A stretch of 64,000 bases of DNA from contig OZ245838.1 of the NCBI GenBank assembly GCA_965228735.1, positions 4,224,001 through 4,288,000 on the forward strand, in the 5' to 3' direction. Both the position numbers and the translations under genes were made by a program. Positions 27,351-36,496 of the stretch are shown here, one piece after another. How positions within the stretch are numbered: the stretch's first letter is position 1; each line of letters begins with the position of its first letter. The notes beneath the pieces were generated by a model. The model made no database searches, was not told the origin of the DNA, and saw only the letters and a list, made by a program, of their open reading frames with translations. The DNA is from Planctomycetota bacterium. Lineage in GTDB: Bacteria; Planctomycetota; UBA1135; UBA2386.

Positions 27351-28568
27351 ATGACCAAGATCGTCAACAGCCTTCTGGCCTTCGCGGCTTCGTCCTCCGT
27401 CCTTCTGGCCCAGGGCGGCTGGACGGCAACCCCGGGCATGGGCGTCGCGTTCGACGGGGGAGACGCCTACGGGCTCAACCTCACGAACTGGCTCAAGACC
27501 CAGTGGACCTACACGGGTGGCGACGTCGCCACCGACACGAGTTCGTTCGGCGTGCGCGCGGCCCGCGCCCGCATCACCGGCCACGTCTTCAAGAGGGGCA
27601 TCCGCTACCGCTTCATCGTCGACGGCACGGACGACGGCCTCAACGGCCGCGCCGGCGCCCTGAAGGACGCCCTGGCGTTCTGGGACTTCATCGACGGCGA
27701 CAACGGCACGGTCACGCTGCGTGTCGGTGAGGGTAAGACCCTCTTCGGCCTCGAAGCCACGTCCGAGCTCTACGGCCTGTTCTTCGTCGACCGGTCGAAC
27801 GCCGCGCGCGGCTTCTCGACGGGTCGTTCGTCGGGTGCGTGGGTGCAGGGCGCCCACATGGACAACCGGCTGCGCTGGGTCGCGGGTGCGTTCAACGGCA
27901 CGACCGCGGGCGGCAGCACCGGCAACTTCGACGCGGGCCAGGAAGCGCCCAACACGGACAACGAGCTGAGCTACGTGTTCGGTGTCGACTTCGACATCAT
28001 GAGCGACACGACGGGCGGCGGCACCCGCGAAGACTGGACGATGGGCGACTTCCGCACCGAGGATCGTGAGCTCCAGGCCACGGTCGGCGCGGCGATCGCG
28101 ATCGAGAACGGCCGCGCGGTAACCGCCACCGACATCGACACGACGTCGATCAACATCAACGGCGCAGTCAGCGTCGAGGGCTTCCAGGTCCTCGGTGAGG
28201 TCTTCCTGCGCACGGACGACCTCGACGGCGCGGCCGCCGACGAGGAGGAGTCGATGGGCTGGTCGGTCCAGGGCACCTACGTGCTGCCGCAGAGCGGCGA
28301 CTCGTCGATCCAGTGGGGCTTCGGCGTCCGCGTCGGCATGGTCGAGTCGGACGTCGGCGACAACGCCGCGGTCAACTTCATCGGCGGCCTGCCGGGCATC
28401 GGCGCCGTGGACGGCGACGCGACCGAGATCTCGCTCGTCGCGAACGCGTTCTACCACGGCCACTCGGCCAAGACGCAGCTCGAGTACACCCTGCAGCAGG
28501 TCAGCCCGACCGGCGGCACGGAGCTCGACAACCACATCGTCCAGGTCGCGTTCCAGCTGCTGTTCTGA
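27351..28568 (+). CDS. Outer-membrane porin (OprO/OprP-like)
   Basis: Signal peptide, FGVRAARARITG, LKDA, FGLE, FVDRS, terminal QLLF, and strong SD GGGAGGAG. Confidence 0.8.
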   Translation: MTKIVNSLLAFAASSSVLLAQGGWTATPGMGVAFDGGDAYGLNLTNWLKTQWTYTGGDVATDTSSFGVRAARARITGHVFKRGIRYRFIVDGTDDGLNGRAGALKDALAFWDFIDGDNGTVTLRVGEGKTLFGLEATSELYGLFFVDRSNAARGFSTGRSSGAWVQGAHMDNRLRWVAGAFNGTTAGGSTGNFDAGQEAPNTDNELSYVFGVDFDIMSDTTGGGTREDWTMGDFRTEDRELQATVGAAIAIENGRAVTATDIDTTSININGAVSVEGFQVLGEVFLRTDDLDGAAADEEESMGWSVQGTYVLPQSGDSSIQWGFGVRVGMVESDVGDNAAVNFIGGLPGIGAVDGDATEISLVANAFYHGHSAKTQLEYTLQQVSPTGGTELDNHIVQVAFQLLF

Positions 28569-28605
28569 GACAGCGTCGCCTGCTCCGCAGGCCTCGACAC
28601 ACGCG

Positions 28606-28634
28606 ACGAGGCGGGCACCAGCCCGCCTCGTTTG
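28606..28634 (+). terminator. Probable intrinsic terminator after the porin gene
   Basis: ACGAGGCGGGC-acca-GCCCGCCTCGT forms an 11-bp perfect stem followed by only a short T run. Confidence 0.55.
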
Positions 28635-28650
28635 CTGTACGGTCCGCTCG

Positions 28651-29667
28651 ATGGTTCTGATGAACGAGCCCTTCGACCACGTCGTGCTCGGCGCCGGCCT
28701 CACCGGACTGCGCCACGCGCTGACGTGGCGCCGCGCGCACCCCGACGGGCGATTGCTCGTCGTCGAACGCGCGCCCCGACCCGGCGGCGACGTGCAGACC
28801 CAGCGCAGCAACGGGTTCGTGTGTGAGCTCGGGCCGTTCGCGTTCGTCGACGCCGAGATCCGGCCGCTGCTGGGCGCGCTCGCACGCCCCCCGGCCATCG
28901 TGACCTCGACGAGCGACCGTGGCTTCGTCCACGACGGCAGCGCCCTCCGCGACTGCCCGGTCGAGCCGACCCCGGTGAGCTTCGCCAGCGGCTGCGAGGA
29001 GATCGTCCAGGCGGCCCGACGCGAGCTCACCGATGCGCTCCTGCTGGGCCGCGAGGCCGCCGCTTTCACCGCGACCGATGCCGGGTTCGAGGTCGAGCTC
29101 GGCGGCGAAGCGCCGGCGACCCTGACGACCGGGTACCTGACCGTGGCCGTCCCGGGGCGGGACGCGCTGCGGTTGCTCGCGCCGTTCGACCACACCCTGC
29201 CGGCGCTGCACGAGCAGCTCGTCACCGAGCCGCGCGCGTTCGTGTTCCTCGGCGGCCTCGCGTCGGACTGCGAGGCGCTGACGGGCTACGGCATCGTGCC
29301 GACGGTCGCGGCGCGCCCGGACGGCGCTGAACCGGACGGTTCGAGACCAGCCAATGCGCGACCGAATCGGGCGACGGTCGAGGTCATCCACTGCTCGAAC
29401 GCGTTTCCGCGCCGCTGCCTGCCGGATCGCTTCCTCGCCCGCAGCGAGCTCGCGGGCACCGCGGTCCGCGAACTCGACGACGACGGACTGGCCGCCCGCG
29501 CCACGGCCGACCTGCAGGCCCTCACCGGGCACGCGGTGCCGTTCGGATTCACCAAGGTGCACCGCTTCGACATCGTCGCGCCCGATGCAGCGGATGCGAC
29601 CCGCGCCGAACTGCGCACCCGCCTGCGCTCGATCGCGGACCAGGTGCCCGGGCTGACGATCGCCTGA
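28651..29667 (+). CDS. Protoporphyrinogen oxidase (HemY)-like FAD-dependent oxidoreductase, shortened
   Basis: VVLGAGLTGL, ERAPRPGGDVQT, GFVCELGP, SFASGCEEI and GYGIVP motifs; only ~338 aa. Confidence 0.6.
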   Translation: MVLMNEPFDHVVLGAGLTGLRHALTWRRAHPDGRLLVVERAPRPGGDVQTQRSNGFVCELGPFAFVDAEIRPLLGALARPPAIVTSTSDRGFVHDGSALRDCPVEPTPVSFASGCEEIVQAARRELTDALLLGREAAAFTATDAGFEVELGGEAPATLTTGYLTVAVPGRDALRLLAPFDHTLPALHEQLVTEPRAFVFLGGLASDCEALTGYGIVPTVAARPDGAEPDGSRPANARPNRATVEVIHCSNAFPRRCLPDRFLARSELAGTAVRELDDDGLAARATADLQALTGHAVPFGFTKVHRFDIVAPDAADATRAELRTRLRSIADQVPGLTIA

Positions 29668-29719
29668 CCGCGCGGGCTTCCGCTGGCGACCGATCGCGCG
29701 AAGCGGGAAGATCCGGGCC

Positions 29720-30256
29720 ATGCAATCCAAGGCCAAGACCGTCGATCAATACCTCGCCAGCCTGCCGGCCGATCGGCGCGACGCGCTCGAACGGATCCGC
29801 GCGGTGTTCCGGAAGAACGTCGACAAGCGGCTCATGGAGCACATGGCCTACGGCATGCCGGGCTACTCGGTGCCGCTCGAGATCTACCCGCCGGGGTATC
29901 ACTGCTCGCCGAACACGCCGCTGCCGTTCGCCGGCTTCGCGTCGCAGAAGAACCACATGTCGCTCTACCTGTTCTGCATGTACATGGACGGCGACGACAT
30001 GAAGGAGTTCCAGGCCGCGTGGCAGAAGGCCGGCAAGCCGCTGGACATGGGCAAGTCGTGCGTGCGCTTCAAGCGGATCGACGACGTGCCGCTCGACGTG
30101 CTCGGCAAGACGATCAAGAAGATCACGCTCGAACGCTTCCTCGGCGTCTACGAGCAGTCGCGGGCGGAGGAAGCCGCGCGCAAGGCGGGCCAGAAGCCCG
30201 CCCGCAAGGCCGCCGCGAAGAAGGCCGCCGCGACGAAGAAGGCGGCCAAGAAATAG
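29720..30256 (+). CDS. DUF1801 (YdhG-like) protein with Lys/Ala-rich tail
   Basis: TVDQYLASLP, YGMPGY, ASQKNHMSLY and LDMGKSCVRFK motifs. Confidence 0.85.
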   Translation: MQSKAKTVDQYLASLPADRRDALERIRAVFRKNVDKRLMEHMAYGMPGYSVPLEIYPPGYHCSPNTPLPFAGFASQKNHMSLYLFCMYMDGDDMKEFQAAWQKAGKPLDMGKSCVRFKRIDDVPLDVLGKTIKKITLERFLGVYEQSRAEEAARKAGQKPARKAAAKKAAATKKAAKK

Positions 30257-30291
30257 CCGCCGCGGCAATGCGCCGGCGGCCGCGAAGCGCG

Positions 30292-31350
30292 CTACTTCGG
30301 CAGCGTCGGCTTCTCGAACGGCACGCCGCCGTTCAGGCTCTCGAGGAACGCCACGAGCTGATCGATCTCGGCGTCGCTGAGATTGCGGTTCATCAGCAGC
30401 GGGTCCTTGTTGGGGTTGTCGATCCCGCCGCTCGCCATCAGCTTCACCGCCTCACGCAGCGTCGCGACGCTGCCGTCGTGGAAGTACGGCGCGGTGCGCG
30501 CGACCTCTCGCAGCGTCGGCGTCTTGAACGCGCCCTTCTTGGTGTCGTCGATCTTGCCGCGGCCGAGGTCGGGATTCTCCGCGTCCATGCCGATGCCGGC
30601 GTTGTGGTAGATCATGTCCGTGAACAGCGGCATCGAGTGACACGTCACGCAGCCGGCCTTCCCGACGAACAGGTTGAAGCCCTTCGCCGCCTCTTCGCTG
30701 AGCGGGTTCGCCGTGCCGTCCGCGGCGAACTTGTCGTAGGCCGAGTTGCCCGACCGCAGACCGCGGAGGAACGACGCGAGCGCCTTGACGATCGTGTCCT
30801 CGCTCGCCGGCGCCTCGAAGGCCTTCTGGAACGCGGCCTTGTAGGCCGGCACCGCCTCGAGGCGCGAGCTCACTTCCGTCGCGTCACCCTTGCACTGGCC
30901 CGTCCACGCCGCGAGCACGACCGACTCGAGCGTCGGCTTGCGACCGTCCCAGTACCACTGCTTCTGGTAGCCGACGTTGTACATCGTCGGCGAGTTGCGC
31001 GAGTTCATCGAGCCATCGTCCTTCGGGGACAGCTTGCGCTGGTCGGTGAACGCGTGCTCCGGCAGGTGGCACGACGAGCACGCCATGGTCCCCGACTTGC
31101 TGAGCCGCGGATCGAAGAACAGCTGCTTGCCGAGGTGATACTTCGCCTCGGTCAGCGGGTTGTCTGCCGATTCGGGCAGCGGCACGGCCTCGAGCCCGAG
31201 GGGCGCCTTGAGCGGCGACGCGCCCTGACTGTCGTTGCTCCCACCATCGCCGCTGTTGGCGGCGCCGGCTTCGGACGTGCAGGCGGAGACGAGGATCACC
31301 GCCGACGAGGCGGCAGCGAGAACGATGGAACGGAGGCGGATCGGGGTCAT
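30292..31350 (-). CDS. Di-heme cytochrome c peroxidase (CCP/MauG family) lipoprotein
   Basis: LGKQLFFDPRLS, CSSCH, RNSPT, WDGR, CVTCH, FKTPTLR and APYFHDGS motifs; lipobox VSAC. Confidence 0.92.
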   Translation of the reverse strand: MTPIRLRSIVLAAASSAVILVSACTSEAGAANSGDGGSNDSQGASPLKAPLGLEAVPLPESADNPLTEAKYHLGKQLFFDPRLSKSGTMACSSCHLPEHAFTDQRKLSPKDDGSMNSRNSPTMYNVGYQKQWYWDGRKPTLESVVLAAWTGQCKGDATEVSSRLEAVPAYKAAFQKAFEAPASEDTIVKALASFLRGLRSGNSAYDKFAADGTANPLSEEAAKGFNLFVGKAGCVTCHSMPLFTDMIYHNAGIGMDAENPDLGRGKIDDTKKGAFKTPTLREVARTAPYFHDGSVATLREAVKLMASGGIDNPNKDPLLMNRNLSDAEIDQLVAFLESLNGGVPFEKPTLPK

Positions 31351-31481
31351 GTGGATGTCACGTTGGGCCCCGCACCATACCAAACCAACGTCATCCGCCA
31401 GCAGCGGCTGTCGCGGCATCGGACCCGAACATCACAAACTGCTGACGTTTCGTCACTTCGGCCGCCGTTCGGCCACGCCGC

Positions 31482-33821
31482 CTACTTGATGATCGGAACC
31501 CGCAGACGCTGCGTGCTCGTGAACTGGTTGTTGTCGATCACCCAGTCCTGGAAGTAGAGGTCGCCGGGATCGAGGAACTCGGGCAACGGGAACTGCCAGA
31601 ACGGGCGCATGCCGAACTGGAACGGCATCGTGCCGAGGAAGCCACCGCCGTTGTCGACGAGCAACCGGCAGCCGGGCGCGACCCAGGCGACGGTTACCGG
31701 CACGTCCTGGGTGGCGATCGCCACGAGCAGGAAGTGGCCGGCCGTCAGCGTCGAGTTGCCGACCTGGACGCCACAGAACTCGGCGCCGATCTGCTGCGTC
31801 CCCGCCCAGTCGATCGTCGCGGTCGAGCAGCCCAGGCCGGCCGTCGACGGCGACGGCAGCGACCAGTAGAGGCCATAGCATCCCCAGACCTGGTTGCCGT
31901 TGAACTCGTTCGTCGGCGCTGCAAAGACGTAGACGTCACCGTTCCGCGAGAAGCACGCGGCGGCCGGCGTCCGGTGGAACGGGCCGAATTGCCACACCGT
32001 GCCCGACTCGGTGACCTGGCCGTTGAAGCCGGTGTACGCCCACGAGACCGACTCCCCCGTCACGTCGGCGTAGCGCCAGAGCGTGCACCAGTGCGAGGCG
32101 TCGTTGGTGTCGTGCGCGAGGCCGGTCACGGCGCGCTTGCTCGACAGGCCGGCATCGAGTTGGACCGGTGGCCGGGTCACGGTCGGCGCGGGCGCGGAGT
32201 CCGGCCAGTCGAAGCGTTCGAGGTGGATCTCGGAACCATCCGGGCCGCTCGGCTTGCCCGCGGCCGTCGAGCTCGCGAACGCGACCGCGTAGCGGCCACC
32301 CGTGCCCTCGACGACCGGCGCCAGCTGATGGCGGCCCGAGCTCCCGATCGCGCTCGCGAACACCCCGCTCGCGACGCTCCCGGCGCTGTCGACGCGACGC
32401 CCGACGACGTTCCACCGGCTGGAGCCGATCGCCCGGTAGGACTGATACGCGACGACCCACGACGACGGCTGAGCGGCCGGCCCGCGGGCAACACGATTGA
32501 CCGCGGGCCGCTCGAAGTCGGTGATCGGCGAGTCGGCGATCGCGAACTGGGCCCCGAACGTGCCGGCCGGGGTCGTCGCATCGAGCACCACGCCGTGGAT
32601 CGCGCTGAACGCCGAGTTGGCGAGCACGCCGCCCTGCAGCGTGTTGTCCTCGCGCTGACAGACCACGAGCGCCTGATGGCCGTCATCGTTGGCCTGCACC
32701 CCACCGACATCCGGCCGCCAGTCGTTGTGGCCCGCCGGGGGCGTGAGGAACGCCACGGTCGCCGACGCCGTCGTCGAACCGCTGTCGTGCACGCGCACCC
32801 GCACGCGACTCGAACCGCTCGCGAAGAGCCGGCGCATCGCGATCACCCAGCGATCCGCGCCACCGACGAACGCGCAGGACGGAGCGTCCGTCGTCCACGA
32901 CGCCGTGATGTCGCTGAACACGAGCGCGACGTTCTGGTAGCCCCCGTCGTAGAGGTGCGCGTAGAGGTCCTCGTCGGTCGCGGAGGCCGCGCGCGTGTGG
33001 ACGTAGAGGTTGGGCCACGCGAGCGACTCGGCATCGATCGCCAGATCGACCGCCCCGATGACACTGGTCGCGGTCCCTTGAGGAATGCCGAACGGGCCGA
33101 ACAGCGGGTCGATGACGATCGGCAGTTCGGCGGCCTCGAGCCACCCGCCGGGAACGGTCAACGTGACCTCGCCGTCGTCGTGGGCCGTCAGGACGTCCAC
33201 GCGGCGGCCCGCAGCGTCGAACGCGACACCCGCGCCGTATTCGACGATCGGTCGGCCCGTCGCATCGACGAACGTGAGCGCCTGGTGCGCGGCCGCGACG
33301 TTCTTCGTCCGCAACTTCGACGTGACCGCACCGCGCACGATCAGGTCCCCGGCGGAGCCGCCGGGCAGCTCAGCGATCACGAACGTCTGCTCGAGCCCGT
33401 CGGACCGCACGTCGTAGGCCTCGGTGATGCCGCTGCCGAGGCGGTACTCGCAGCGATACTCGCCGACCGGAACCGGCTCGGGTCGCGCGCCCGCTGGCAG
33501 CAGCTCCGCTACGCCGAATCGGACCCCGATCGTCCGCCACGCCAGCGGCTGGTTGTGCGGGTAGTCGTGCCCGAGGTACGGCACGAACGTCATGCCGCCG
33601 TGGAACGAGGCCTTGTAGCCGTCGCCGGCGCACCAAAGGCCGTAGTCCTGCCCCTCGTCCGCCGGTGCCGAGTGGATCGGGACGCGCACCAGCGGGGGGC
33701 GCACCGGAGGGTTCGCCGGGAGGTTCGCCTCGGCGTCGACGGTCGCCGGCGGGCCGGCCTGGGCGGGGGCGACGGCGCTCAGGACGCCGCCGACGAACAC
33801 CGTGAAGAGTCGTTCTCGCAT
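31482..33821 (-). CDS. Large secreted protein, paralog of the CDS at 3-1946
   Basis: Signal peptide, EAYDVRSDGLEQTFVI, GDLIVRG, LPIVIDP, and C-terminal GC...LYFQDW...TSTQRL domain. Confidence 0.8.
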   Translation of the reverse strand: MRERLFTVFVGGVLSAVAPAQAGPPATVDAEANLPANPPVRPPLVRVPIHSAPADEGQDYGLWCAGDGYKASFHGGMTFVPYLGHDYPHNQPLAWRTIGVRFGVAELLPAGARPEPVPVGEYRCEYRLGSGITEAYDVRSDGLEQTFVIAELPGGSAGDLIVRGAVTSKLRTKNVAAAHQALTFVDATGRPIVEYGAGVAFDAAGRRVDVLTAHDDGEVTLTVPGGWLEAAELPIVIDPLFGPFGIPQGTATSVIGAVDLAIDAESLAWPNLYVHTRAASATDEDLYAHLYDGGYQNVALVFSDITASWTTDAPSCAFVGGADRWVIAMRRLFASGSSRVRVRVHDSGSTTASATVAFLTPPAGHNDWRPDVGGVQANDDGHQALVVCQREDNTLQGGVLANSAFSAIHGVVLDATTPAGTFGAQFAIADSPITDFERPAVNRVARGPAAQPSSWVVAYQSYRAIGSSRWNVVGRRVDSAGSVASGVFASAIGSSGRHQLAPVVEGTGGRYAVAFASSTAAGKPSGPDGSEIHLERFDWPDSAPAPTVTRPPVQLDAGLSSKRAVTGLAHDTNDASHWCTLWRYADVTGESVSWAYTGFNGQVTESGTVWQFGPFHRTPAAACFSRNGDVYVFAAPTNEFNGNQVWGCYGLYWSLPSPSTAGLGCSTATIDWAGTQQIGAEFCGVQVGNSTLTAGHFLLVAIATQDVPVTVAWVAPGCRLLVDNGGGFLGTMPFQFGMRPFWQFPLPEFLDPGDLYFQDWVIDNNQFTSTQRLRVPIIK

Positions 33822-33924
33822 CGCATCCTGAGCAGCGAGAGGACGCCGGCGATCGACTGCCGAATCCCGGCAAACCCGAGCGGTCGCCGCAACTCTCTGT
33901 CAGGCTCCGAGCTGGGTCGACACC

Positions 33925-34248
33925 TCAGTTCGCCGCGGGCGCTCGGCGCGCCTCGTGCTCCGCCACCCACTCGCCGAAGCGCCGGTCGACGAAGAACGGA
34001 ACCAGCGGCAGCAGCGCGGCGAGGAAGACGCCGACGACGCGGCCGAACGGCCACCGCGCTTCGAAGACGACGCGCACGATGCCGAAGCAGAACACCGCGA
34101 AGAGCAGACCGTGCGCCCAGCCCATGACCTTGACGCCGAGCGGTTCGTCCCAGACGTACTTCATCGGCATCGCGATGAACACGAGCAGGACGTAGGACAC
34201 GGCCTCGACGAAATTGGCGACTCGCAGGAACTGGACGGGGTTCTTCAT
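33925..34248 (-). CDS. DUF3817 small membrane protein
   Basis: EAVSYVLLVFIAMPMKY and GWAHG motifs. Confidence 0.85.
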   Translation of the reverse strand: MKNPVQFLRVANFVEAVSYVLLVFIAMPMKYVWDEPLGVKVMGWAHGLLFAVFCFGIVRVVFEARWPFGRVVGVFLAALLPLVPFFVDRRFGEWVAEHEARRAPAAN

Positions 34249-34258
34249 GCCGTTTCGT

Positions 34259-35836
34259 TCAGCCGCCGAGGATCTCAGCGCGGGGGATCGTGCGGACGGG
34301 CCCGATGTTGGGGTGGGTTTCGCTCGGCTCGGTGTCGGGAACGGGGATCACACCGGCCGCGAGATCGCGTTCGAGCAGCTGCGTGAGCCGGGCGAACAAC
34401 ACCCAGGCCTTGAGCCGGATGCCGAGCTCGTTGTGGTGGATCGCGTCGATCGCGAGTGCCGGCTCTTGCGGCAGCTCGCCCGCGACATCGATCAGGTCGA
34501 CGTCGCGATCCTGCGCCCACGCGGTGAAGAAGCGGTTCTGCACGTCGGCGAGGATTCGCACGTTGGCATACGAGAACGGCCAGTACGAGCGATTCAAGTG
34601 CACGTGGATGTGCGCGCCGAGCACCGGGTCGACGGCCATGTCGGCCGCAGCGAGCCACCAGAACGTGCAGAGCACGAGTTTGCCGCCGCGCCCGGTGACG
34701 AGGCCGTGAATGCGATCGAGGTCCTTGCCGATGCGGCCGCAGCGCAGCACTTCGCCGGCGCGTGCGAGCGGGAACGGCTCAGCCAACAGTTCGGGTGCGA
34801 GCGTGATCGATTGCTTCGGCTTCGGCGGTTCTGTGAGCGGCTCACCCGTCGCCGCCATCGCGTTGCGGAAGCGCTGCGCGATCGCCGAATGGTCCGCGAG
34901 CCCGTCGAGCCACGTCGCGTCCGGTGCGGACACGCCGTCGTGCGTGCCGACGACGAGCTCGGGCGGCGGCTGCCCGACGCGATACTCGCCCTCGACCGCG
35001 ATGTGCTCGTCGAGCACCGGCGGCCCGAACTGGTTGGCGCCCTCGTAGTAGACGAGGTAGTCGATCGCGAGCGGCAGCACCTCGTCGCGCACGATCGCGT
35101 GGATGTCCGGCGACTTGATCGCCTCCCGCGCCGCGTTGATCGTCTCGAAGCGCACGTCCAGGCCCTTCTTCGCGGCCCACAGCGACAGCCAGTGCTCGAT
35201 GAGTTCGGGCGCGCTGTGCGGATACCCCGGCGCCTCGACCGTCGTCGACGCGCCGACGAACGCGATGCGCACGGTCCGCTCGCCCTTATCGACCTCGAGG
35301 TCACGACCGCGGAAGCCGAAGCGGTTGGTCACGAGCCCGGTCGGCAGCGTGCGCGAGACCGGGTACCGATAACCCGGGAACCGCGTGCCGCTCGGCGGAT
35401 CGAACACCATGAACTCGGCCGGCGGCGTGAGCACCGGACTGCCGAGCAGCGCGCGGATCTCCGGTGACCGCAGCTTCTTCTCGTTGAGCACGTAGTAGTG
35501 GAACGTGCGGTCGAGCTGTGACACGACGGGGCGGTCGAGCGGCGGCTGCGGCAGCAGCGGCGGCGGCGAGGTCCGCAGCCAGTCGAGGTCGAGGTCCGGG
35601 TTCGCCGTCGCCTGTGCGTCCTGAAACCGGTCGACGACGGCCGGCGCGAACGCGAGTGCCGCAGCCGGGTCCTTCGCCGTGCCGTCGGACTCGAGCCGCA
35701 GCGCGAACAGCTGGTAGCCGGCGGCGACCCGCAGCACGCCCTCGCCGAGGACCACGCAGAACAGCAGGGTCCCGAGCAGCAGCGCGAGGCGCGCGAGCAG
35801 GCGGCGAGAGCGGCGAGTCCGGGGCCCGGTGGTCAC
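34259..35836 (-). CDS. Membrane-anchored SGNH/GDSL hydrolase-like protein
   Basis: TM segment followed by GEGVLR, TNRFGFRG, RIAFVGASTT, YYEGANQ and DAIHHN motifs. GTG at 35836; the longer ORF overlaps the sigma factor. Confidence 0.7.
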   Translation of the reverse strand: MTTGPRTRRSRRLLARLALLLGTLLFCVVLGEGVLRVAAGYQLFALRLESDGTAKDPAAALAFAPAVVDRFQDAQATANPDLDLDWLRTSPPPLLPQPPLDRPVVSQLDRTFHYYVLNEKKLRSPEIRALLGSPVLTPPAEFMVFDPPSGTRFPGYRYPVSRTLPTGLVTNRFGFRGRDLEVDKGERTVRIAFVGASTTVEAPGYPHSAPELIEHWLSLWAAKKGLDVRFETINAAREAIKSPDIHAIVRDEVLPLAIDYLVYYEGANQFGPPVLDEHIAVEGEYRVGQPPPELVVGTHDGVSAPDATWLDGLADHSAIAQRFRNAMAATGEPLTEPPKPKQSITLAPELLAEPFPLARAGEVLRCGRIGKDLDRIHGLVTGRGGKLVLCTFWWLAAADMAVDPVLGAHIHVHLNRSYWPFSYANVRILADVQNRFFTAWAQDRDVDLIDVAGELPQEPALAIDAIHHNELGIRLKAWVLFARLTQLLERDLAAGVIPVPDTEPSETHPNIGPVRTIPRAEILGG

Positions 35837-35929
35837 CCGCGGAGGGTAGCGGGTCACCCGCGATCGCGCGCGAACTGCGATTCCTGGATTCGGTCGAATA
35901 CCCTGGGGAACCTGCTGGCACTGACCAGT

Positions 35930-36496
35930 GTGTCCACCGCGATCACGATCTTGGCTTTCGACGACAGCGACCCGCGGGCGGCGGCCCCCGCCGATACCGA
36001 TCGGGCCGAGCGCGCGGTGCGGCGGCATCTGCGGCCGGTCTGGCGCTATCTGCGGATGCACGGCGCGCGCGCCGACGAGGCCGACGACCTGACGCAGGAA
36101 GCGTTCGCGATCGCCGCGGAGAAAGACGCCCTCGGGCTCGACGACGCCGCCACGTTCTCGTTCCTGCGCCGGACCGCGCGCTTCCTCCTGCTCCGGCGGC
36201 GGCGTGGCGGTCGCGAAGCCAAGCTGCTCGCCGATGCCGTCGACGCGCTCTGGACGGAGGACGCCGAGCGCGAGGCCGACGGTGACGGCCTGCTCGCGGC
36301 GCTGCGAAGTTGCCTGGAACGACTCGCCCCCCGTTCGCGGCGCGCGGTCGAACTCGCCTACGGCTTCGGGGACGACGAGCCCATGAGCCGCAAGGCGATC
36401 GCAGCGGAGCTCGAACTCACCGAGAACGGCGTCAAGACGCTCATGCAGCGCGCCCGCGGTGCGCTGCGCGAATGCCTCGACCGGAGGCCGCGATGA
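35930..36496 (+). CDS. ECF-type RNA polymerase sigma factor
   Basis: Region 2 (VWRYL...EADDLTQEAF) and region 4 (CLERLAPRSR...KAIAAEL...VKTLMQRAR). Confidence 0.88.
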   Translation: MSTAITILAFDDSDPRAAAPADTDRAERAVRRHLRPVWRYLRMHGARADEADDLTQEAFAIAAEKDALGLDDAATFSFLRRTARFLLLRRRRGGREAKLLADAVDALWTEDAEREADGDGLLAALRSCLERLAPRSRRAVELAYGFGDDEPMSRKAIAAELELTENGVKTLMQRARGALRECLDRRPR

